DNA from: a candidate division WOR-3 bacterium
GTDB lineage: Bacteria; Hydrothermota; Hydrothermia; Hydrothermales; Hydrothermaceae
Direction: 5' to 3'
NCBI GenBank assembly: GCA_039803745.1
Contig: JBDRZD010000054.1
Coordinates: forward strand, 1-10,396
Length of the DNA: 10,396 nt
Shown here: piece by piece, positions 1 through 7,131 of the stretch
Layout: each line of letters starts with the position of its first letter
Numbering within the stretch: the first letter of the stretch is position 1
Made by a program: the position numbers and the translations under genes
Notes under the pieces: generated by a model
The model's database searches: none
Told to the model about the DNA's origin: nothing
What the model saw: the letters and a program-made list of their open reading frames with translations, nothing else

Positions 1-1811
1 TCTTCTTCAAGGACTTTTTCATAACAAAATATTGCCTTGTCAAATTTACCTGTAAAATAATAAATTGCTCCTAAATTAAAATAAATACTTTTTCTATATT
101 TGCTATCCCTTTTTAAAAGATTTAGATAGAGAATTTCCGCACATTTAAATTCAAGTGATAAATAGGCATAAAATGCCAAATTTAAAAATTTTCTATCATG
201 TTCTTTTCTTTTATAAAAACCTTCAAACCAGTTTATAAGCCATGACTTTTTCTTTTTATTTAATATTTCCCACACCTCTTTTTCATCTATTACTGTATCA
301 ATTCCCATTTCTTTTATTATTTTCATAAAATTTACTCTTCCAATATGAGGCATAAAATCTCTATGAGCAAATATAACTGACTTATCATCAGCATATATCA
401 TTCTCCATTCAGGCATACTCTTTATATCCCTGTCCCAGAAAAGTGCTTCAGGGTAAGAATAATCAAATATAACAATGTCTGGTTTATATTCTTTTATAAG
501 CTGCGGAAGACCGCCAGGTTTAAAACTTTCCTTATATTTTTTAAAAAACTTTTCTTTCATAACTTCAAGCCTTCCATCTATAAAAACAGGCTCTCTTACA
601 CTCCATATAAGCCAGCTTCCATGATTTAAATCGTTCAATATCCTTCCTTTTAAATTGTTTTTTAAAATAAAATTAGAAGCACCTATTGGTTGCACATTTT
701 CATCAAGACCAATGCCAAAATTTCCTCCGCCTCTATCATAATAAAAGGAATTTGTAAGTATTCTTATAAAAAATAAAAGGAGAATAAAATCAAAAACATA
801 AAAAAGATAATTTAAAAATTTTTTAATTGAATCATAAAAATTATCTATGGAAAGGGCAAGGATTTGGGAAGAGGCGATCAAAAATAATGGGATATTTCTA
901 ATGGCAGTATAAGAAAGATAAAGGAATGAAAAGAGGATTAAAAATTCGTGAATTTTTCTCTTTTTAAATGTTAAAATAAAAAATAGAATTGTTAAAAAAA
1001 TAAAAATATAAAAAAGTATTAAAGGAGTTTTTGGCATTAGAAATAAAGCCTTTTTTGAAAATGGTGAAGTAAATTCAAAAATCACATCTTTAAATACACT
1101 TTTTTCTTGAAGTCTTGTAAAAAGATAAAATGGAAAAAGAACTCCTTTTAGAAAATAGGGATTTAAAAAAGAGGAAAGGATTGAAATAAAAACATATTTA
1201 AAAAATTCCTTATCAAATTTTTTGTAATGATAAAGATAACTTATAAAATAAAAGCCCATAACAGCCCATCCAAGAATGAATATTCCATGAAAATTTGTCC
1301 ATAGAACCTGTATAAAAGGTAATAGATAAAGATAGTTTTTCCTTTTATAAAAATGTTCATCAAGAATAAAAAGAATGGTAATTAAAAAAATGTATGAGAA
1401 AAGTTCTGGTCTTAAAGAAAATCTCAATTCTGCTATTAAAACAACTGCTAATATAACTATAAATGATATAGATTTATGAATTCTCCTTTTATTCATCCTT
1501 AAAAAAATTATTAAAAATAAAAGGGTAACTAAAATTGATGTTAGAAAGGAAAGACCTTTGTATCCTGAAATTTTATAAATTAAAAATATTAGGATCTGGA
1601 ATAACCAGTACATTGCAATATATTCATTATTATTAACAGTATATGTAAAAACATCATATTTATGGAAGGATTTATTTTCAATCATCCATTCTCCACCTCT
1701 TAAGTGAAATCCAAGGTCATAATCCATTATTTTTCTTAAGGATAAAGAGAAAATGAAAATAAAGAGGAATAGAAAAGAAACTTTAAGAAAATTTATTCTG
1801 TATTTTCTCAC
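1..1811 (-). CDS. Multi-pass membrane protein, GT-C / STT3-PglB-like glycosyltransferase architecture with C-terminal TPR repeats (3' end outside window)
   Basis: Manual translation: the frame starting at GTG 1811 is the same frame that reaches the window edge, and I saw no stop in the stretches I read. MRKYRINFLKVSFLFLFIFIFSLSLRKIMDYDLGFHLRGGEW..., RFSLRPELF, LWTNFHGIFILG, LNPYF, VIFEFTSP, AIRNIPLF, GRILNDLNHGSWLIW..PVFIDGR, ending in TPR-like FNLGAIYYFTGKFDKAIFCYEKVLEE. Many hydrophobic segments. Alternative in-frame TTG at 1838. Confidence 0.85.
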   Translation of the reverse strand, partial: MRKYRINFLKVSFLFLFIFIFSLSLRKIMDYDLGFHLRGGEWMIENKSFHKYDVFTYTVNNNEYIAMYWLFQILIFLIYKISGYKGLSFLTSILVTLLFLIIFLRMNKRRIHKSISFIVILAVVLIAELRFSLRPELFSYIFLITILFILDEHFYKRKNYLYLLPFIQVLWTNFHGIFILGWAVMGFYFISYLYHYKKFDKEFFKYVFISILSSFLNPYFLKGVLFPFYLFTRLQEKSVFKDVIFEFTSPFSKKALFLMPKTPLILFYIFIFLTILFFILTFKKRKIHEFLILFSFLYLSYTAIRNIPLFLIASSQILALSIDNFYDSIKKFLNYLFYVFDFILLLFFIRILTNSFYYDRGGGNFGIGLDENVQPIGASNFILKNNLKGRILNDLNHGSWLIWSVREPVFIDGRLEVMKEKFFKKYKESFKPGGLPQLIKEYKPDIVIFDYSYPEALFWDRDIKSMPEWRMIYADDKSVIFAHRDFMPHIGRVNFMKIIKEMGIDTVIDEKEVWEILNKKKKSWLINWFEGFYKRKEHDRKFLNLAFYAYLSLEFKCAEILYLNLLKRDSKYRKSIYFNLGAIYYFTGKFDKAIFCYEKVLEE

Positions 1812-1818
1812 AAATTTA

Positions 1819-1848
1819 ATTATATTTAAAAAATTCAATGATAATCAA
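1819..1848 (-). promoter_or_regulatory. Putative sigma70 promoter for the GT-C-like gene (probably leaderless)
   Basis: Minus strand TTGATT (1848-1843), 18 nt, TATAAT (1824-1819); GTG start follows 7 nt later; no Shine-Dalgarno. The AT-rich background lowers significance. Confidence 0.5.
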
Positions 1849-1855
1849 TTATAAT
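1826..1855 (+). promoter_or_regulatory. Putative sigma70 promoter for the plus-strand cluster
   Basis: TATAAT at 1850-1855, 9 nt before ATG 1865; weak -35 TTAAAA at 1826-1831; no Shine-Dalgarno. Confidence 0.4.
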
Positions 1856-1864
1856 TTAAAACTC

Positions 1865-2758
1865 ATGAGGATAATTGGTAAAATAAACAAAATTGAAAAA
1901 GATAGGGTTGAGTTTATTCCATTAGATATTTTCCCTGAAGAAATTAAATATTTTAAAAAAATAAAAAATAAAAAGATTTATATTGAAAAAGAAGAAAATT
2001 TTGAAGAAGGAAAACTTTTTGTTCTTGACAGTGAAAAAAGCAGGGAAATCCTTTATAAAAATTTCAAAGTAAAAAATAAAAAAAATTTATATTTTTCTTA
2101 TGAAAGAGGTAAAAATTATGTTCTTTTGGAAAACGAGTTTTTAAAAATTCTTATTGACCCTGAAAAAGGAGGGAAAATAGAATCTCTATTGGATAAAAAA
2201 AATAATTTTGAATGGTTTTTTGATGATTTTTCTTTTTCAGAGGGGAAATTATCAAGATGCGGAATTTCACAGGGTTTTAAAGAAAGAAGTCTTTATGAAA
2301 AAAGATTGGATTATAAATGGAATAAAATTGAATTTTTTGGGAAAAGGAAAGAGAAGGATTTTTTATTTGAAAAAAGGATAAAGATCTTAAATAAAAAACT
2401 TTTTTTATCTTTTTCATTAAAATCAAAAAAGGAAAGTGAGTTTTATCCATTTTTTGAAATAAAATTCTTTACAAAAGGAAAACCCTTTGAATATTCTATA
2501 AGTTATATGGAGAATGAAGAAATGAAAGAAATGCCCCTTTTCTCTTACCCATTTTTTGGTGGATGGACACATATCCGTGAATTGGGAATTGTAAAAAAAA
2601 TAATTGTGGAAAATAATAGAAGTAAAATAAAAATAAAACCTGAGATAAGAAAACTCATAAATTTTGATTTTGGATATGGAATTGACTATTTTTATTTTAG
2701 GTTGTTTTACAAAAAATTTAAAAAAATTTTTAATGCAAAAATTATAGTGTCATGCTAA
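1865..2758 (+). CDS. Hypothetical protein with galactose mutarotase-like beta-sandwich region
   Basis: VLLENEFLKILIDPEKGGKIESLLDKKNNFEW matches the opening motif of aldose-epimerase-like / glycoside hydrolase C-terminal supersandwich domains; the remainder looks beta-rich. ATG 1865 preferred over 1838 because 1838 lies upstream of the candidate -10 box. Confidence 0.6.
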   Translation: MRIIGKINKIEKDRVEFIPLDIFPEEIKYFKKIKNKKIYIEKEENFEEGKLFVLDSEKSREILYKNFKVKNKKNLYFSYERGKNYVLLENEFLKILIDPEKGGKIESLLDKKNNFEWFFDDFSFSEGKLSRCGISQGFKERSLYEKRLDYKWNKIEFFGKRKEKDFLFEKRIKILNKKLFLSFSLKSKKESEFYPFFEIKFFTKGKPFEYSISYMENEEMKEMPLFSYPFFGGWTHIRELGIVKKIIVENNRSKIKIKPEIRKLINFDFGYGIDYFYFRLFYKKFKKIFNAKIIVSC

Positions 2759-3945
2759 CATTTGGATTTGAATGGGAAATATTTGTTTTGAATACAAAAC
2801 TTCTTCCCCTTCAAAGGGAAGAAACTCTTAATATTGCCTATAATTTAAGAAAAAAGATAAGGGGAACTCATACAGGATGTGATTTTATGATTTATTTTCC
2901 ATCACCAATACTTGAAATAAGAAGTGGAATAATGAAGAGTTTAAGAGAAAGTGAGGAAATTTTAGAGAAAATTTTTGAAGAGATTAAAAAATTAAGGAAA
3001 AATAATTTGATATTTTTATTTTCAGGAACATATCCATTTTCAGGTGATACTGCTGGTTTTCATGTTCATATTGGAAGTTTTTATTCCTTTAAAGAGTCTT
3101 TTGAATATGAAAGAAGTTTGATAAATTATATTCCTTTACTTGGTGCAATTTCTGCAAATAGTTCTATATATACAAAATATATATATGGAAATTATAAAAG
3201 TTACAGGATTTTGTTTCATGCATGGTGGGCATCAAGACCAAATAGATATGAAATTGAGAAGAAAAGGTTTTTTGAATGGGGAACAGATTTAAATAATAAA
3301 TTAATATACAAGCCGACAATTGAGATAAGGATAGGTGATGCACCAATTTTTAAGGATTTTATAATGGATTATTTATTTCTCTGCCTTGGTTTTTTCCTTT
3401 TAAATGATGAAGAATTTAATGAAAAAAGATATAGGGAATATTTAATAAATAGATTGATAATAGCAAAAAATGGATTGCAGTCAAAAATATTATGGAATGG
3501 AAAAGAAGAAAATATTGATGATGTTTTGTTAAATAAAATTTCAAAAATAGAGGATAAACTTTCAAAAAAATTCAATTATAAATTTAAGATAGTGCCAGAG
3601 ATGATAGAGAAAAGGAGAAATATGGCTGATTTTTCTTATGAAATTTTTAAAAAAGAGAATATGGATATCTTAAATTATATTTTAAGAGTAAACGATGCCT
3701 TTTTTGAAAATGGTTTTTTAAATTATTTAAGAAATTCAAAAAAACTTGAAATTTTAAAATCTCCAACACCTGAAGAAATATTTTTTGAATTTACAAAAGG
3801 TAAAAGTGCCTTGTGGAGATTATCAGAGATTTCAAAATTGCCTCTTCTTGAAATTGAAAAAATAATAGAAAATTTAAAAAAGAAGAGAAAAATAAAAATT
3901 TTTAAAGACAAAATTTATGGAATTTTGATTTCAAGAAATGATTAA
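2752..3945 (+). CDS. Carboxylate-amine ligase, glutamate-cysteine ligase family 2 (GCS2/YbdK-like), atypical
   Basis: Ordered GCS2 motifs: TFGFEWE, ILEIRS, SGTYPF, AGFHVHIG, AISANS, KSYR, PTIEIRIGDAP. 7 nt overlap with the upstream gene. Confidence 0.8.
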   Translation: MLTFGFEWEIFVLNTKLLPLQREETLNIAYNLRKKIRGTHTGCDFMIYFPSPILEIRSGIMKSLRESEEILEKIFEEIKKLRKNNLIFLFSGTYPFSGDTAGFHVHIGSFYSFKESFEYERSLINYIPLLGAISANSSIYTKYIYGNYKSYRILFHAWWASRPNRYEIEKKRFFEWGTDLNNKLIYKPTIEIRIGDAPIFKDFIMDYLFLCLGFFLLNDEEFNEKRYREYLINRLIIAKNGLQSKILWNGKEENIDDVLLNKISKIEDKLSKKFNYKFKIVPEMIEKRRNMADFSYEIFKKENMDILNYILRVNDAFFENGFLNYLRNSKKLEILKSPTPEEIFFEFTKGKSALWRLSEISKLPLLEIEKIIENLKKKRKIKIFKDKIYGILISRND

Positions 3946-5602
3946 ATTAATTTTGTTTTTTTCTTTAATAACTCCTGAAAAATTTTTGAATTTCCTTGAA
4001 AAAGAACTTCAAAAAAATTTTGAGGAATTAAATAAAAAGGATTTAAAACCCTATTATATGCAATACCAGTTGATTTTTGAAGAAAGAAAGGAAATTGAGG
4101 TATCCTTCGGAAACATAATAAATGAATATGAAAATAAAAAGGGATATATTGATTCAAAGATTAGAATTGGTGATTATAATTTTGATAGTTCAATATATCC
4201 TGATGAACTTTACTTTGGAGGGGAAGAGGAGGGTGTAATATCATATATTTTAAGGGATTTAAAAATCCCCTTTTATGAAGATACTTCAATCAAAGAAATT
4301 CTTAAAAAGATCAGTTTGAGAAGTTATCAGATTTCAAAGGTAAGGTATCTTGAAAAAAAGGGTAAAATAATTCAGGAAGTTAGGGAGGATACACTTCCCT
4401 GTTTTACAAAAGAGGCTCCTGAAATTTATATTGATTTTAAAAAAGAAAAAAATATAAATGAAGAAAAAATTAAAAAAATTATAAAAGAAATTTCAGAAAT
4501 TTTTAAAGGGGAAAAAGAGATCATTTCTTCCTCTGTTCTTTATACTTCTATAAAAAACAGAAAGTATTTTGTTGATACAGAAAAAAGAAAAATATTTGAA
4601 AAGAGAAATTATAATTACATTTATATATATGCAGAGACGAAAACAGATGATGGAATGTGGGTATCAGATTTTGAAACAATTTTTTTCTTTGATGAAAAGG
4701 ATTTGCCCTCTTATGATTCCTTAATTTTTTTAACAAAAAAGATTATAGAGAATGTTAAGAATTTAAGATATGCAAAAATTCAGGAAGCCTATAAAGGTCC
4801 TGTTTTAATAAAATCACCTGCATCAGGTGTTTTCTTTCATGAAATTTTAGGGCATAGACTTGAGGGGCACAGGCAAAGGTCTCGTGTTGAAGGAGAAATT
4901 TTTAAAGAAAAAATAGGTGAAAAAATATTAGAGGATTTTATAAATGTTTATGATGCTCCTGATTTAAAATATTATAAAAATTTTCCCTTAAGCGGTTTTT
5001 ATAATTTTGATGAAGAAGGGATAAGAGGTAAAAAAGTAATTTTAATAGAGAAAGGAATCTTAAAAAATCTTTTACTTTCAAGAAGACCTGTCCTTAATTT
5101 TAAAAATTCAAATGGACATGCAAGGGCTTCCCCATTTTATCTTTCTTCCTCATTTAATCCTCCTGTTCCAAGACAGGGAAATTTAATAATTGAAAATTTG
5201 CGTCCTGTAAGTTTTGATTCTTTAAAAAAATTATTAATTTCAGAATGTATAAACCAAAATAAGGATTATGGGATAATAATTGAAAAAATAAGGGAAGGAA
5301 GAACACAGACAACAAAGTTCACACTTGAAACTTTTGAATCAGAACCAGTTGTTGCAAAAAGGATATATTTAGATGGTAAAGAAGAATATATAAGAGGTAT
5401 CAGGTTTGGAGGAACACCTTTAATTTCTTTAAAAAATATAATACTCCTTGGTGATGACCAAAAAGTTTATAATGGATTCTGTGGTGCTGAATCAGGAAGT
5501 ATTCCTGTTGGCATTGTTTCGCCTTCTGTTTTAATAAGAGAAATTGAACTTGCAAAGAAAGAGAAAAGTTTTTTAAAACCACCCTTTTTACCAAGACCAT
5601 GA
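3938..5602 (+). CDS. TldD/PmbA family Zn metalloprotease, catalytic (TldD-like) subunit
   Basis: FFHEILGHRLEG (HExxxH, 4838-4855), FDEEG, LIEKGILKN, SNGHARA, C-terminal GFCGAESG with the Cys ligand (5480-5482), VSPSVL. Short hydrophobic N-terminus MIKLILFFSLI. Confidence 0.92.
   Translation: MIKLILFFSLITPEKFLNFLEKELQKNFEELNKKDLKPYYMQYQLIFEERKEIEVSFGNIINEYENKKGYIDSKIRIGDYNFDSSIYPDELYFGGEEEGVISYILRDLKIPFYEDTSIKEILKKISLRSYQISKVRYLEKKGKIIQEVREDTLPCFTKEAPEIYIDFKKEKNINEEKIKKIIKEISEIFKGEKEIISSSVLYTSIKNRKYFVDTEKRKIFEKRNYNYIYIYAETKTDDGMWVSDFETIFFFDEKDLPSYDSLIFLTKKIIENVKNLRYAKIQEAYKGPVLIKSPASGVFFHEILGHRLEGHRQRSRVEGEIFKEKIGEKILEDFINVYDAPDLKYYKNFPLSGFYNFDEEGIRGKKVILIEKGILKNLLLSRRPVLNFKNSNGHARASPFYLSSSFNPPVPRQGNLIIENLRPVSFDSLKKLLISECINQNKDYGIIIEKIREGRTQTTKFTLETFESEPVVAKRIYLDGKEEYIRGIRFGGTPLISLKNIILLGDDQKVYNGFCGAESGSIPVGIVSPSVLIREIELAKKEKSFLKPPFLPRP
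5094..5124 (+). repeat. 31 bp near-identical direct repeat, copy 1 (inside tldD-like gene)
   Basis: ttaattttaaaaattcaaatggacatgcaag; one mismatch to 6731-6761; encodes NFKNSNGHAR. Confidence 0.85.
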
Positions 5603-7131
5603 AATTTTTAATTTTATTTTTTATAATAAGTGGCATAAGAAATATTTTAAAAAAGGAAATTGAAAAAAATTTTAAATATTTGAATGAAAATTTTGAAATT
5701 AAACCATATTTTATCCTTTATAGAATTTTTGATATAAAAATTTATTATTTAGAATTTTCTGATAAAAATTTAGTTGAAGAAAGAAAAACAAATTTAAGGA
5801 TTCCCTATGTTGAATTAAGGGTTGGGGATTATAAAAATGATGGAGTTAATACAAAAATTTTAACAGATTTTTTAGAGGATGAGGATTTTAAGAATTTCCT
5901 GTACCCCAAATTGCCCCTTGAAGATGATGAACATGGAATAAGGGATGTATTCTGGAAAATTACTGATTTTGCCTATAAAATAAGTGTGAGGAATTTTTAT
6001 GAGAAAGAAAAAAAGGGAACAGTTTTTCTTGAAGAAGATACTTCTTATTCTTTTTCAAAGGAGATTCCAAATAAATATATAGAAAAGAGAAGGGAAAAAA
6101 TAAATTATGAGGAAATAAGAAATAAGTTTTTTGAGTTTAATAAAAAGATTAAAAAGGAAAAATTTATATACAATTTAAAAACTTATTTTTACTCTATTAA
6201 TATGGGAAGAACAATTTTGAACACTGAAGGAACTGAAATTGAGGACAATAGAATTTATTTTCTTTTAAAGGTTGAAGTTTCAGCCTTTGATGAGGAAGGT
6301 AAATATTATAAAAATTCAAGGGAATTTTTTGGTTATAAAATAGATGAAATTTTAAATGAAAATATTTTAAGAGAAATAAAAATTTTTATAGATGGTTTTA
6401 AAGAATATGTTAATGCAAAGGAAATAAAAGAGTATAATGGAGATATAGTTTTAAGAGGGATTTCTTCATCAAAATTTATTTTAAATCTTGTAAAAAACAG
6501 ATTTCTTTTAAATAAAGAAAATTGTGAAATTTTAAAGGATTTTTTTGATAAAATTGGTAATAAGATAACAGGTGATATAAGAATTTATGATAAGCCGGAT
6601 ATAAAATATTTTAATGGATATCCTCTTTCAGGACATTTAATTTATGATGATGAAGGAGTAAAATCAAAAGAGGTTATTCTTATTGAAGATGGAATTTTAA
6701 AGAATTTTCTTTTAAAAAGGGAGCCAGTGTTTAATTTCAAAAATTCAAATGGACATGCAAGAGCAGGAATTTATTCAATCCCTTTCCCTTTTATAACAAA
6801 TTTATTTGTTGATGGTAAAATTTATGAGATTGAAAATGATAGCATACTTATAATAGAGGATATAGAATTTAAATCATCACTTTCTTTTGAAATTAAAAAG
6901 GGATTTTTATCTTACAAAAATGGTATTAAGAAAGAGATTAAGAATTTAATTGTTTCTTTTTCTTCCTTTGATGAAATGCTTGCAAAGATTAAAGGTGTAT
7001 GTGGTTCTTTAAAATCTTATAATTTTTATGAAGATAATCCATATATGCCCTTCTCTATTAATTCCTATGATTTAATTTTAAAGGATGTGTATTCAAAGAG
7101 GTTTTTTAAAAAGAAGATAAGAAGTGATTAA
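5599..7131 (+). CDS. TldD/PmbA family protein, non-catalytic (TldE/PmbA-like) partner
   Basis: Colinear with the upstream paralog (LRVGDY, YDDEG, LIEDGILKNFL, SNGHARA) but the HExxxH region is replaced by SKFILNLVKNR. ATGA overlap with the upstream gene. Hydrophobic N-terminus MKFLILFFIISG. Confidence 0.85.
   Translation: MKFLILFFIISGIRNILKKEIEKNFKYLNENFEIKPYFILYRIFDIKIYYLEFSDKNLVEERKTNLRIPYVELRVGDYKNDGVNTKILTDFLEDEDFKNFLYPKLPLEDDEHGIRDVFWKITDFAYKISVRNFYEKEKKGTVFLEEDTSYSFSKEIPNKYIEKRREKINYEEIRNKFFEFNKKIKKEKFIYNLKTYFYSINMGRTILNTEGTEIEDNRIYFLLKVEVSAFDEEGKYYKNSREFFGYKIDEILNENILREIKIFIDGFKEYVNAKEIKEYNGDIVLRGISSSKFILNLVKNRFLLNKENCEILKDFFDKIGNKITGDIRIYDKPDIKYFNGYPLSGHLIYDDEGVKSKEVILIEDGILKNFLLKREPVFNFKNSNGHARAGIYSIPFPFITNLFVDGKIYEIENDSILIIEDIEFKSSLSFEIKKGFLSYKNGIKKEIKNLIVSFSSFDEMLAKIKGVCGSLKSYNFYEDNPYMPFSINSYDLILKDVYSKRFFKKKIRSD
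6731..6761 (+). repeat. 31 bp near-identical direct repeat, copy 2 (inside tldE-like gene)
   Basis: ttaatttcaaaaattcaaatggacatgcaag; one mismatch to 5094-5124. Confidence 0.85.

Noticed and set aside
1..1811. Calling the membrane protein a true PglB/AglB oligosaccharyltransferase
   Set aside because: The WWDYG motif is absent; only architecture-level similarity is supported.
2752..3945. Assigning gshA, ybdK or pafA as gene symbol
   Set aside because: Family motifs are present, but the loop deletion and extra tail make orthology unsupported, and no Pup-like gene is visible.
3164..5636. Short minus-strand ORFs at 3164-3346, 3369-3575, 3723-3911, 3942-4157, 4548-4736 and 5400-5636
   Set aside because: All are antisense to well-supported genes and have no recognisable motifs; they look like shadow ORFs of A-rich coding DNA.
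2752..7131. Complete RiPP (microcin-like) biosynthetic cluster
   Set aside because: No precursor peptide, YcaO, radical SAM enzyme or exporter is visible, and there is no intergenic space for a precursor.
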